From an uncultured candidatus Porisulfidus sp. (lineage in GTDB: Bacteria; Pseudomonadota; Gammaproteobacteria; Poriferisulfidales; Poriferisulfidaceae), in contig CBDASZ010000001.1 of the NCBI GenBank assembly GCA_965199755.1, forward strand, positions 448,001-512,000: 64,000 nucleotides of DNA. Direction: 5' to 3'. Positions 1 through 10,591 of the stretch are shown here, in pieces. The position numbers and the translations under genes are program-made. Under the pieces are notes generated by a model, which did no database searches, had not been told where the DNA came from, and saw only the letters and a program-made list of their open reading frames with translations. How positions within the stretch are numbered: the stretch's first letter is position 1; each line of letters opens with the position of its first letter.

Positions 1-2952
1 GGGGCTATTGGGGTAGGGCCAGAAAACTCCTTCCCACTTATATTCATCAGATTTCCAATTTCCAACTTTGCCTTTTGGACAGCGCCATATATCGCAGCAC
101 AGGAAAGAATCGGGAGCGTACCCCTTGTACTTCGCCGAACCTATTTTCTTAACAGTCTGGTTTGCGATCAAAATACGCACCTTGCGAACACCAGTCTTTT
201 CTGAGTACTGTGTCAAAAGCCTTTTCTTTTCTGGGTCACTTACTTCTTTGGGGTTGGGAATGAGCCGCTGGATATCTCTGCGTATCGTGACATCGCGGAT
301 TTGACCAAACTCTTTGGAAGAAAGACTTGTTAGTGGCTTCCGTGTTACGAGGTTGTAATCCGGGAGTTCAGGGTCGATAGAGTTCTCGGCAACAAACCCA
401 TACGCCGTTTCTTGGTATATGCGGCCTTCTAGGCCATGGTCTGGTTTGAAAGCAACAGTAATGTCACCGATTTGAGAACGGAGAGTTTCAATATCGATTG
501 GCAAGTCGGGCACTTGAATTCGTAGTGTTTCAATATCTCGCGCCGACTGGGCCGACACACTCTGTAAAACCGATCGTCCTGTCAACCCAATGACGGCGGC
601 GTCCAAGGCATGATGGCGGTGGTCGTTCCGGTTTTTTGAAGAGTCATCGGACAGGATCCGATGGAGTTTCCATTTGCCTCGCAACAGGGCAGTAAGCCCA
701 CCACGATTAGGGACAACCTGCTTCACGCCTTCCAGGCAACCAAGATAACTTTGAGCGATTCTCGCAATATAGGCGTTATCTGTGAGTTGTCGGGCGATGA
801 AAGCATTATCCTTTTCGAACTTTTGCATCGCGTCAGGCCCGAAACGCCACGCTTTATTTGCGGGCAGTCTATCTGCTCGACCTCTGATCTCGGCCCACTC
901 GATTCCTTCATCGGCATGCGCGTCCGAGGCAAAAGCTTCGTAGGGTGTTTTATTACCTTTGATTCGGTTGGCCCGGCGCATGGCCACGGTTTTATTACTT
1001 ATGGAGTCATCCAGTGTGCGTTTGAATGGCAGAAGATGCTCAACCTCAACTTCGTCGCTCATGAGTTTGCTGAATGAGATGGTCTCACCAGTAAAGGGAC
1101 ACCTTCTAAGAAGTTCATCTTTCGCAAGCTCTTCCCAGAGCCTCACTTTCTGTACATCGCGTGCGGATGGGTTAGCGATGTCATGCTGTTGCAGGCGTTC
1201 CCGTATTTGCTGGTTTTCACGTTGCCGTGTTGCCTGCTTCCGATTAATCTCGTCAGATAGCGATCGAGGCAACTTCAAGTCTCGTGTGAGTTCAACGTGT
1301 ACTTCTGTTGGGCTTTCCTCAAAGCGGTTAATTAATGCATTGACTACTCGTCGCAAACTGTTTAGGGCAACGTGAACTGTGGGGTTGTTAATTTTCCCAA
1401 AATGTTTTTCAGGCTCTTTATCTGGATCCTTGTTCGGATCCGCACCGAGCAATTTTTCAGAGAATACTTTTCCGTAGTACGGCAGAGTTTCCTGTGTATT
1501 TTCGTATCCTCCAATTTGACTATGGTGAAGTTGGTTTCCAGACTCATCACTCATTTCTGTTACGGCCTCTGTATACGGAAGGCCCTGATCCCGCATTATG
1601 GGGACGATCTCTTCCATGAATTTGCGTGAGACGTTGGCTGTTGCTCGACTGGGGTGGAATCGCAGCAACGCTTTTACAGTCTGCTCATCCAGGTTGAATT
1701 CTGAGAAAAGCCTTTCGCGCAATTCATCATCATCATTTTCTTCTTGAATAGCCTCGAAGATATCGTCAAGTTTTCCATCGTCACTTGCATTCGAGCAGCG
1801 AGTCTCCCAGAGAGGTCCCAACACGGGGTCTTCATTTAATTGTGCTCCGATAGAGTGGTTCTTTAGGGCTTTCCGTTTTTCATCTTCCAGGTTAAAACGA
1901 ATGCAGTCCGGGAAATACAGTGATCTTTTGTATTTCCGAATGCTCTCAAACTTGACATCCGATTTTCGGGTGTGGAGCAACTCCAGAACGATGTCACGTT
2001 GTTCACAACTGAGAGGGTGTTCTTTTTGGTCTTCGTCGATCCATCGCAGGTTATTTACTTCCTGATAGACCCTGAAATCATGTCCGATTGGAGTGTCGTT
2101 CCAGTGTCTGTGCTGGTCTGTGAAGAATTTGCAATAGCCTCTTTCGACAGGCCTCAAAGGATGTTGAAACAGTACATACTCTCGAAGTTCGTTCCAGTCA
2201 TCTTCCTTTATATGGGGATAGTGAGGGGCTTGCTCTTCCTTGATGGCATCAAATTCAACCGCATACATTTCACGGTTTGAGTAGAAGTCATCTTCTCCGC
2301 GAAAGCGTATTCCGTTGGGTTGGTGCCGCCCTTCCTTTTCGTAGTGTTGCCAAAGAAACTGGCCCAGAGTCTGGCCTTCCAGTTTTGCCTCCAGCTGTTC
2401 GATGCGCTCTTTTAATTTGCCGCCATCCTCATCTGAATTTTGCGCGATCCGGTTGGATTTGAACCCCCTGCGAATGCCAAGGTGATAAAGTGCGCGGCCC
2501 AACTCATAGGGCTCCAGTTTTCGCTCCAGTGCTTGGGCGCGCAAGTAGTAGGGGTTGTACTGTACGGCTTCCCCGTCAATGATGACAGCATTTGAGGCTT
2601 GGCCGTCCGCACTTTTTGCTCGGGGAGTTTGGAATAATTTGTCGCGCTCTTGTTCGGAATCAGGCATCAACCCCAATCTCATCAATTCGCGCATATATGC
2701 GCGGAGCCGGGTTCGGCGGCGGTCGCGATTGCGTCGCATACCTCTCGCCAAACGACGCTGTACTGCATTGCCATCTCCGATGCGACCACCTTTGGACGGT
2801 TCTCTACCGTCAGGGAAAATATAGACACCGCCCCCTAAAGATTCGGTAATTTTCCACTGTGATTTTTCATTATTGGGGTTTTCTTTTTCGATTCGGAAAG
2901 CCCACCATCCGAGAGAATTTGTTCCAAGGTCTAGTCCTAAACGCCAGTTCAT
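1..2952 (-). CDS. cas9: CRISPR-associated endonuclease Cas9, type II-C-like (3' end runs off the window; 984 codons visible)
   Basis: Hand translation from the ATG at 2952 (RBS-like TAGGTGA upstream): RuvC-I MNWRLGLDLGTNSLGW, Arg-rich bridge helix RRLARGMRRNRDRRRTRL, RuvC-II VHVELTRDLK, HNH CPFTG..EVEVEHLLPFKRTLDDSISNKTVAMRRANRIKGNKTPYEAF, RuvC-III KNRNDHRHHALDAAVIG. The motifs checked share one frame. The ORF track lists no fragments in that frame, consistent with one open frame lacking a stop in the window. Confidence 0.96.
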   Translation of the reverse strand, partial: MNWRLGLDLGTNSLGWWAFRIEKENPNNEKSQWKITESLGGGVYIFPDGREPSKGGRIGDGNAVQRRLARGMRRNRDRRRTRLRAYMRELMRLGLMPDSEQERDKLFQTPRAKSADGQASNAVIIDGEAVQYNPYYLRAQALERKLEPYELGRALYHLGIRRGFKSNRIAQNSDEDGGKLKERIEQLEAKLEGQTLGQFLWQHYEKEGRHQPNGIRFRGEDDFYSNREMYAVEFDAIKEEQAPHYPHIKEDDWNELREYVLFQHPLRPVERGYCKFFTDQHRHWNDTPIGHDFRVYQEVNNLRWIDEDQKEHPLSCEQRDIVLELLHTRKSDVKFESIRKYKRSLYFPDCIRFNLEDEKRKALKNHSIGAQLNEDPVLGPLWETRCSNASDDGKLDDIFEAIQEENDDDELRERLFSEFNLDEQTVKALLRFHPSRATANVSRKFMEEIVPIMRDQGLPYTEAVTEMSDESGNQLHHSQIGGYENTQETLPYYGKVFSEKLLGADPNKDPDKEPEKHFGKINNPTVHVALNSLRRVVNALINRFEESPTEVHVELTRDLKLPRSLSDEINRKQATRQRENQQIRERLQQHDIANPSARDVQKVRLWEELAKDELLRRCPFTGETISFSKLMSDEVEVEHLLPFKRTLDDSISNKTVAMRRANRIKGNKTPYEAFASDAHADEGIEWAEIRGRADRLPANKAWRFGPDAMQKFEKDNAFIARQLTDNAYIARIAQSYLGCLEGVKQVVPNRGGLTALLRGKWKLHRILSDDSSKNRNDHRHHALDAAVIGLTGRSVLQSVSAQSARDIETLRIQVPDLPIDIETLRSQIGDITVAFKPDHGLEGRIYQETAYGFVAENSIDPELPDYNLVTRKPLTSLSSKEFGQIRDVTIRRDIQRLIPNPKEVSDPEKKRLLTQYSEKTGVRKVRILIANQTVKKIGSAKYKGYAPDSFLCCDIWRCPKGKVGNWKSDEYKWEGVFWPYPNSP

Positions 2953-2980
2953 ATCACCTAGTTTCCATTATCAATTCTGG

Positions 2981-3009
2981 TTGCTTTATGTTAGCAGATG
3001 TGATAACCT
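2981..3009 (+). promoter_or_regulatory. Putative sigma70 promoter for the tracrRNA (TTGCTT-17 nt-TAACCT)
   Basis: -35 and -10 like hexamers with 17-nt spacing, immediately upstream of the candidate tracrRNA and divergent from cas9. Confidence 0.45.
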
Positions 3010-3015
3010 TCGGCC

Positions 3016-3100
3016 ATGTAGGTCAATCTGTCTTTTTGTGGCTACCCGTTAACAAGATTCAGATCACCAAATTGAGATGCCGCCTCCGGGCGGCATTTCC
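3016..3100 (+). ncRNA. Putative tracrRNA
   Basis: Non-coding and divergent from the cas9 start. An anti-repeat-length segment ends in CCGTTAACAAG, as recalled for proteobacterial II-C tracrRNAs. Terminal hairpin GAGATGCCGCC-TCCG-GGCGGCATTTC at 3074-3099. No array in the window to confirm pairing. Confidence 0.6.
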
Positions 3101-3207
3101 ATATCTTCCCGATTAAATGGCCGCATCAGGCCAGAGTCCCAACTCAAATTCAACCTGCATACGAAAAATTCTGGCCCCACTCATGCTCATTCCGCATGAG
3201 ACAAAAC

Positions 3208-3690
3208 TTATTTATCTTCACTTGTGTTCAGGCATACCGGGTCAGAAGGATCGCCGGCGACGCGATAGGCTTTGAAGGTATGTTCCCGTCCCGCATTTGA
3301 GTTAGGAATTTGGCTGGTGGCCATCTCATTAGTTCGCAGGTCAAAACTGTAAGCCACAACAACTTCGTCAGCTTCACGTCGTACGAGTGACCCGACTTCG
3401 ATCAGGTCATCATCAACTTTGTGGTCTTCTGAGCGATCAATGTCCGGTGGTGCGCGGTACCCTCGGTGAGCGCAAAGGGCGTCGGAGCGACATACATCTT
3501 TCTGTCGCGGACAAGAATATCGCCATAACTGCCAAATCCTCTGAAATTCTTGTTCTTGTGGACACAGTAGACTTGTCGTCCGTTGTGTTCACCGCGCGGG
3601 ACCTGACTCTTGCAGTCGTAATCGGCTTCTCGCCCGGGATAGGCCAAGCCTTTTAACTCGAAGCCTTCGGCCTCATGAACCTCCGGGGTG
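3208..3690 (-). pseudogene. Frameshifted, 5'-truncated remnant of a putative PD-(D/E)xK restriction-endonuclease-like gene
   Basis: Protein-like segment GFELKGLAYPGREADYDCKSQVP..GFGSYGDILVRDRKMYVAPTPF in one frame continues in another frame near 3430 (EDHKVDDDLIEVG..AGREHTFKAYRV..EDK*, stop at 3208-3210). Family assignment is from recall only. Confidence 0.45.
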
Positions 3691-3865
3691 CCACTTCTCT
3701 TTTCCAATGACTCTAACCCGACTGTTTCGAGACTCCTCAATCCGGTTGTCAAATCCGGCAATCCGTCTGCATCCCCTTGCAGCATAAGGGCGCGCGCGGC
3801 TGTGTGATAATAGGGCGCACAACCTGGAGCTGTCATAACTCATCAACCTATTGAGGACATCAACC

Positions 3866-4904
<1,039 letters not shown>

Positions 4905-4918
<14 letters not shown>

Positions 4919-5351
4919 AGCCAGAGTCTGGCACGAGGCCATGAACTTGCTGGCGCGGCGCGAACATTCCGCCAGTGAATTGCGCGGCAAACTGCGTGCC
5001 CGCGATCACGAATCCGCCCTCATCGAAACCGTGCTGCGTCAATTGCAGGAACAAGGATTGCAAAGCGACGAGCGTTTCGCCGAAACATGTACGAATTCGC
5101 TGATGGCGCGCGGCTACGGCTCCTTGCGGGTGCGCCACGAACTGCGTCAGAAGGGCGTGTCGGAGGAACTGGCGAGCACCTGTGAAACGCGGGCGCATAG
5201 CGATGATTTGTCGCGTGCGTGCGAGGCGCTGCGCCGCCGGCACCCGAACTCACAGCGCGAGCGTCAGTTGCGTTTTCTGGCGCAGCGGGGCTATCCTTCT
5301 GAGATCGCCTGGCGCGCGGCGAAAGAGAACCTGTCGCAAGACGAGTCGTGA
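4905..5351 (+). CDS. recX: Regulatory protein RecX
   Basis: [32 protein letters not shown]; overlaps the recA 3' end. Confidence 0.93.
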
Positions 5352-7942
5352 TCATGCAACAAAGCAGCGAGATTCGGCAAGCCTTTCTGGACTATTTCGC
5401 GCAGCACGGGCATGCGGTGGTGCCGTCTTCTCCATTGCTGCCCGCCAATGATCCCAGCTTGCTGTTCACCAATGCCGGCATGGTGCAATTCAAGGACGTG
5501 TTTCTCGGTCACGAGACGCGCACGCCGCCGCGGGCGGTTACCGCGCAGCGCTGCCTGCGCGCCGGCGGCAAGCACAACGATCTGGAGAACGTCGGCTACA
5601 CCGCGCGCCACCACACCTTTTTTGAGATGCTCGGCAATTTCAGTTTTGGGGATTACTTCAAGGAGGACGCGATCCGCTACTGCTGGGAATTTCTGACTGA
5701 CACGCTGGAATTGCCGCCGGAGCGTTTGTGGGTCTCGGTGTATGAGGAAGACGATGAGGCGGAACAGATCTGGCGCGAACAGATCGGGGTGAAGCCGGAG
5801 CGCTGCGTGCGGCTGGGCGCGGATGAGAACTTCTGGTCAATGGGCAACACCGGCCCCTGCGGCCCCTGCGCCGAGGTGTACTGGGACCATGGCGAGGCCT
5901 TGCCGGGCGCGCCGCTTGGGCAGGGCGATCCGGGCGACCGTTACGTTGAGATCTGGAACCTCGTATTCATGCAGTATCGGCGTGAGGCCGATGGCAGCAT
6001 GGAGTCGCTGCCGCGGCCATCGGTGGACACCGGCATGGGGTTGGAACGCATTTCGGCGGTGCTGCAAGGCGTCCACGATAACTACCAGACCGATCTGTTC
6101 CTTCCTCTACGTCAGACAATCATCGAGTTGGCACCGAACTCTGAATCGGCCTCGCTCAATGTGGTGGCTGACCATATTCGAGCCTGCGCTTTTCTGATTG
6201 CGGACGGCATCGCGCCGTCCAACGAAGGCCGCGGCTATGTGCTGCGCCGAATTATTCGCCGCGCCTTGCGCCACGGCAGCAAACTCGGACTGAAGGAGCC
6301 GTTCTTCCATCGTCTGGTCGCGCCGCTTGCCGAGGTGATGGGCGCCGCCTGCCCGCATCTGCTTCAAGTGCGCGAGCACGTGGAGCAGACCCTGCTGCAG
6401 GAAGAGGAGCGTTTCGCGCAAACCTTGCAGACCGGATTGAAAGTACTGGATGAGGGTCTGGGTAGCATGAGCGGCAAAACCATTTCCGGGGAGTTGGCGT
6501 TTTTGCTGTACGACACGTACGGATTTCCAATTGACCTGACTCAGGACATCGCGCGCGAGCGCGACTTGTCGGTGGATGTGGAGGATTACGAGCAGCGTAT
6601 GGATGAGCAGCGCGACCGGGCGCGCGAAAGCGCGCAGTTCGCCGTTGATCACTCAACGCTGAAGGATGTGGTGCAGGATGGCCGCTTTACCGGTTATGAG
6701 ACGCTGGAGCAAGAAAGTGAAGTGGTCGCCTTGTATCAGGATGGTCGGGACGTGCAGTCTGTGGAGTCGGGCACGGACGCGGTGGTGGTGCTGCAAGAGA
6801 CTCCGTTCTACGCGGAATCCGGCGGGCAGGTCGGGGACACCGGCTGGCTGCGTTCGGTCAGCGCTTCCTTTGAGGTGCAGGACACGCAAAAACACGGGCA
6901 GGCGCATGTGCATACCGGACGTTTGCGCGATGGCAGTCTGCATGTGGGCGATCGCGTGGCGGCCAGCGTGGATGCGCGGCGACGTCAGTCCGTGGTACTG
7001 AATCATTCAGCGACGCATTTGATGCACGCGGCCTTGCGCGAGATTCTCGGTGCGCACGTCACCCAGAAAGGCTCTTTGGTGGCACCGGATCGACTGCGGT
7101 TTGATTTCTCGCACCCGCAGCCAGTCTCGGAGGAAGAACTCCACCGCATAGAAGAGCTGGTTAATGCCGCGATTCGCCAGAACTATGAAGTGGAGGCAGA
7201 AGTCATGCCGCAGCAAGTGGCGCTGGACGCAGGTGCCTTGGCATTCTTTGGCGACAAGTATGGCGATGAAGTCCGCGTGCTACGCATGGGTGAGTTCTCC
7301 ATGGAATTGTGCGGCGGCACGCATGTGCGGCGTACCGGCGATATTGGCTTCTTTTGCATTGTCGCGGAATCAGGTATCGCCTCCGGGGTGCGACGTATTG
7401 AAGCGCTGACCGGAGCCAACGCCCATCGCTGGGCCCGCGAGCAGCACGAGGCTTTGATGCGCGCGGCGGGAGTGCTCCGCGCCGCCCCGCATGAGATACA
7501 GGAAAAACTGGAGCGCTGGATCGCGCAGCGTACGGAACTGGAGCGCGAACTGGAGCGGCTCAAAAGCAGTCGGGCGCATCAGGTAGGCGGGGATCTGGCG
7601 CAGCAGGCGGTGGAGGTCGCGGGGCTGCAGGTGCTGGCGGCGCAGGTGGATACGGATGTCAAGTCCATGCGTAGCATGCTCGATCAACTCAAGCAGAAAC
7701 TTGGCAGCGGCGTGATTGTGCTGGCGAGTGTGTCCGACGACAAGGTCAGTCTGGTCGCGGGCGTGACCCCGGATCAGACCGATCGCATTGAAGCAGGGGA
7801 CTTGGTCAATCAGGTGGCCGCGATGGTGGGCGGTCGTGGCGGTGGGCGCGCCGACATGGCGCAGGCCGGCGGCGATAATCCGCAAGATCTGGAAGCGGCG
7901 CTGGACGCCGTGCCACAATGGGTGCGTGAGCGCTTGGAGTGA
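5348..7942 (+). CDS. alaS: Alanine--tRNA ligase
   Basis: [49 protein letters not shown]. Confidence 0.99.
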   Translation: MIMQQSSEIRQAFLDYFAQHGHAVVPSSPLLPANDPSLLFTNAGMVQFKDVFLGHETRTPPRAVTAQRCLRAGGKHNDLENVGYTARHHTFFEMLGNFSFGDYFKEDAIRYCWEFLTDTLELPPERLWVSVYEEDDEAEQIWREQIGVKPERCVRLGADENFWSMGNTGPCGPCAEVYWDHGEALPGAPLGQGDPGDRYVEIWNLVFMQYRREADGSMESLPRPSVDTGMGLERISAVLQGVHDNYQTDLFLPLRQTIIELAPNSESASLNVVADHIRACAFLIADGIAPSNEGRGYVLRRIIRRALRHGSKLGLKEPFFHRLVAPLAEVMGAACPHLLQVREHVEQTLLQEEERFAQTLQTGLKVLDEGLGSMSGKTISGELAFLLYDTYGFPIDLTQDIARERDLSVDVEDYEQRMDEQRDRARESAQFAVDHSTLKDVVQDGRFTGYETLEQESEVVALYQDGRDVQSVESGTDAVVVLQETPFYAESGGQVGDTGWLRSVSASFEVQDTQKHGQAHVHTGRLRDGSLHVGDRVAASVDARRRQSVVLNHSATHLMHAALREILGAHVTQKGSLVAPDRLRFDFSHPQPVSEEELHRIEELVNAAIRQNYEVEAEVMPQQVALDAGALAFFGDKYGDEVRVLRMGEFSMELCGGTHVRRTGDIGFFCIVAESGIASGVRRIEALTGANAHRWAREQHEALMRAAGVLRAAPHEIQEKLERWIAQRTELERELERLKSSRAHQVGGDLAQQAVEVAGLQVLAAQVDTDVKSMRSMLDQLKQKLGSGVIVLASVSDDKVSLVAGVTPDQTDRIEAGDLVNQVAAMVGGRGGGRADMAQAGGDNPQDLEAALDAVPQWVRERLE

Positions 7943-7943
7943 C

Positions 7944-9164
7944 ATGAGTCTTTGGGTTCAGAAATACGGCGGCACCTCGGTTGGCACGACAGAAAAAATC
8001 CTCACCATCGCCAAGCGGTTGTACGAACAGCATCGTGAGGGCAATCAGTTGCTGGTGGTGTTGTCGGCCATGGGCGGAGAAACCGACCGCTTGCTGGCGC
8101 TGGCGCGCCAGATGCGTGCGGAACCGGAAGGGCGGGAACTGGACCTGCTTTTGTCCTCCGGGGAGCGGGTGAGCATTGCGCTGCTGTCGCTGGCGCTGCA
8201 GGAACTGGGTTGCTCGGCGGTGGGCCTGACCGGACGTCAGGCCGGGATCCTGACCGAGGCGCAACCGAACAAGGCGCGGATTCGCGAGATTGATGTCAGC
8301 TGTCTGCGCGACTTGCTGGATCAGGGCTGCGTGCCGGTGGTGGCGGGCTTTCAGGGAATGGACGAATCCGGGCAGGTGACCACGCTGGGACGTGGCGGAT
8401 CCGATACCACGGCGGTCGCGCTGGCGGCGGCTTTGGAGGCCGACGAATGTCGTATCTATACGGATGTGGAGGGAGTGTATACGGCGGATCCTCGATTGGA
8501 GCCGAGCGCGCGCAAACTGGAGCACCTGACTTATGAAGAGATGCTGGAGTTATCCGGTCTGGGCTCGCGCGTACTGCAGCTGCGCTCGGTGCTGTTCGCA
8601 GAAAAGTACAATGTGCCCTTGCGGGTGTTGCCGGCGTTCGGCACAGATTCCGGCACATTGATCTCGAAACAGGCACAAGCCATGGAACAGGCCACTATCG
8701 CGGGCATTGCGCACAATCGGGATGAGGCGCAACTGACCATGACCGGCGTCCCGGACACGCCAGGCATCGCCGCGCGCATTCTCGGCCCAATCGCCGAGGC
8801 GGAGATCGAGGTGGACATGATTGTGCAAAACGCCAGCCGCGATGGCGATTCCGATTTCACGTTCACGGTGCACCGCAACGATTACGCGCGCGCACTGGAG
8901 ATTCTGCAGCGCATCGGCGAAGAACTCGGTGCCCGCGAGACCGGTGGCAACCCTGAAATCGTCAAGGTGTCTCTGGTCGGCGTTGGCATGCGCTCGCATG
9001 CCGGCATCGCCAGTCGCATGTTTCGGGCGCTGGCCGAGGAGGGTGTGAATATTTCCATGATCTCGACGTCCGAGATCAAAATTTCCGTGGTGGTTGAGGA
9101 GCCGGCGCTGGAGACTTGCGTGCGTGCTCTGCACCGAGAGTTCGAGTTGGCGCAGGCATCGTAG
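7944..9164 (+). CDS. lysC: Aspartate kinase
   Basis: VQKYGGTSVG, TTLGRGGSDTTAVALA, two ACT domains. Confidence 0.97.
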   Translation: MSLWVQKYGGTSVGTTEKILTIAKRLYEQHREGNQLLVVLSAMGGETDRLLALARQMRAEPEGRELDLLLSSGERVSIALLSLALQELGCSAVGLTGRQAGILTEAQPNKARIREIDVSCLRDLLDQGCVPVVAGFQGMDESGQVTTLGRGGSDTTAVALAAALEADECRIYTDVEGVYTADPRLEPSARKLEHLTYEEMLELSGLGSRVLQLRSVLFAEKYNVPLRVLPAFGTDSGTLISKQAQAMEQATIAGIAHNRDEAQLTMTGVPDTPGIAARILGPIAEAEIEVDMIVQNASRDGDSDFTFTVHRNDYARALEILQRIGEELGARETGGNPEIVKVSLVGVGMRSHAGIASRMFRALAEEGVNISMISTSEIKISVVVEEPALETCVRALHREFELAQAS

Positions 9165-9223
9165 CGCTGAGGGTGTTACACTAACACTCACGCCGCAGGA
9201 AGCGGTTTGCAGGAGGCACAAAA

Positions 9224-9418
9224 ATGCTGATTCTGACGCGCAGAGTGGATGAGTGTGTAATGATCGGCGACGACATTACGCTCAAGGTTCTGGGAATTCG
9301 TGGCAACCAGGTTCGTATCGGCATCATGGCACCGCCGCAGGTGCGGGTATTCCGGGAGGAAATCCTGCCCGGCGGCAAGAAGGCCGAGCATGACGCGGAA
9401 GACGAGTCGGAACCATAG
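9224..9418 (+). CDS. csrA: Carbon storage regulator CsrA
   Basis: [27 protein letters not shown]; canonical alaS-lysC-csrA-tRNA-Ser context. Confidence 0.96.
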   Translation: MLILTRRVDECVMIGDDITLKVLGIRGNQVRIGIMAPPQVRVFREEILPGGKKAEHDAEDESEP

Positions 9419-9421
9419 TTC

Positions 9422-9512
9422 GGAGAGGTGGCTGAGTGGCTGAAAGCGCTCCCCTGCTAAGGGAGTATGGGCTAATAACCCATCGAGGGTTCGAATCCCT
9501 CCCTCTCCGCCA
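9422..9512 (+). tRNA. tRNA-Ser(GCT)
   Basis: GGAGAGG/CCTCTCC acceptor stem plus GCCA, anticodon arm CTCCC-CTGCTAA-GGGAG, long variable arm, GGTTCGAATCC T-loop. Confidence 0.97.
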
Positions 9513-9558
9513 GTATTCAGGCGTATTGAAGTTCGCCTGATTTAATCAGGTACGTATA

Positions 9559-10524
9559 GTGGAACGCGGCGAACGTTTCTACAAGATTTCAACCTTGCTG
9601 CAAAGCCGGGTTGCGGTGACGCGGGCGATGCTCGCGGAGGAACTTGAAGTGTCTGTCGCGACCGTGGCGCGCGACCTCCGATATATGCGTGACCGTATGG
9701 ACATGCCCATCAAGTGGAGTCAGGCACAAAACCGGTACTGCCTTGACAGGGGTGAGTCGCAAGTCGAACTGCCGGGCCTGTGGTTTAATTCCGCGGAAAC
9801 AGTGGCGCTGCTGACCATGGAGCATTTACTGTCGCGGCTGGGGGAGGGTTTTCTGACGCCGCATCTGGCCCCACTGCGCGAGAAACTGCAGCAGTTGCTC
9901 GGCTCTGGCGAGCATTCCTACAAGGAAGTCGTACGCCGTTTGCGTATGCTGCCGCATCCGTTGCGGCCGATCTCAGTGAAGCATTTCGAGCGGGTGGCCT
10001 CCGCGGTGCTGGAACGCCGGCGTCTGCGCATTTGTCATCTCAACCGCGAGTCCGGTGAGACGCGCTCGCGGGAAGTCTCGCCGCAGCGCCTGCTGTATTA
10101 CCGGAATTGTTGGTATATGGATGCCTGGTGCCATACGCGCCGCGCCCTGCGTACTTTTGGTCTGGATGTGCTCGAAGAGGCGGAACTGCTGAGCACGAAG
10201 GCGCGGTCGATCGCGGACCGCGAACTGGATCGGGAACTGGCTGCCGGCTATGGCATCTATGCGGGCAGCAGAACGTACATGGCGCGCCTGCGCTTCTCGG
10301 CAAATGCGGCGCAATGGGTCCGCCTGGAATGCTGGCACCCAGAACAACAGGGGAAATTTGACAGGCAAGGCCGTTATGTGTTGCGTTTCCCATATTCCCG
10401 AGACACCGAACTGGTGATGGACATCTTGCGCCATGGCCCTGATGTTGAGGTGCTGGGACCATCAAGTTTGCGCACACGTGTGCAGGCGCGTATCAAGGAA
10501 GCAGCGGATATTTATCGGGATTAA
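9559..10524 (+). CDS. HTH-WYL-WCX transcriptional regulator (YafY/PafBC/DriD-like)
   Basis: N-terminal wHTH (LAEELEVSVATVARDLRYMRD), WYL core (REVSPQRLLYYRNCWYMDAWCHTRRALRTFGLD), C-terminal ILRHGPDVEVLGPSSLR. Confidence 0.93.
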   Translation: MERGERFYKISTLLQSRVAVTRAMLAEELEVSVATVARDLRYMRDRMDMPIKWSQAQNRYCLDRGESQVELPGLWFNSAETVALLTMEHLLSRLGEGFLTPHLAPLREKLQQLLGSGEHSYKEVVRRLRMLPHPLRPISVKHFERVASAVLERRRLRICHLNRESGETRSREVSPQRLLYYRNCWYMDAWCHTRRALRTFGLDVLEEAELLSTKARSIADRELDRELAAGYGIYAGSRTYMARLRFSANAAQWVRLECWHPEQQGKFDRQGRYVLRFPYSRDTELVMDILRHGPDVEVLGPSSLRTRVQARIKEAADIYRD

Positions 10525-10564
10525 ACCCCTTTCACCACTTAAATTCGCTCTAAAAATCCCAAAA

Positions 10565-10591
10565 GCGGAGTATCACCAGGTGATACTCCGC
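10565..10591. promoter_or_regulatory. Perfect inverted repeat GCGGAGTATCACC-A-GGTGATACTCCGC; candidate WYL operator (or terminator-like hairpin)
   Basis: 13-bp perfect arms with a 1-nt centre, 40 bp after the WYL stop and followed closely by a -10-like TAAACT. Confidence 0.55.

Noticed and set aside
68-2849. Many short ORFs in the track over 1-2950
   Set aside because: They are antisense or off-frame shadows of the cas9 reading frame
3402-3836. 144-aa minus-strand ORF as an intact gene
   Set aside because: Its N-terminal part overlaps the recA promoter region and looks non-coding; only the distal part is protein-like, and it continues in another frame
2953-3865. CRISPR array or mini-array near cas9, including GTAAGCCACAA near 3349, which partly matches the predicted repeat
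   Set aside because: No regularly spaced repeats were seen. The short match lies inside the pseudogene and is compatible with chance; an array may lie beyond the left edge.
3780-3865. LexA (SOS) box upstream of recA
   Set aside because: CTGT half-sites are present but there is no CTGT-N8-ACAG match
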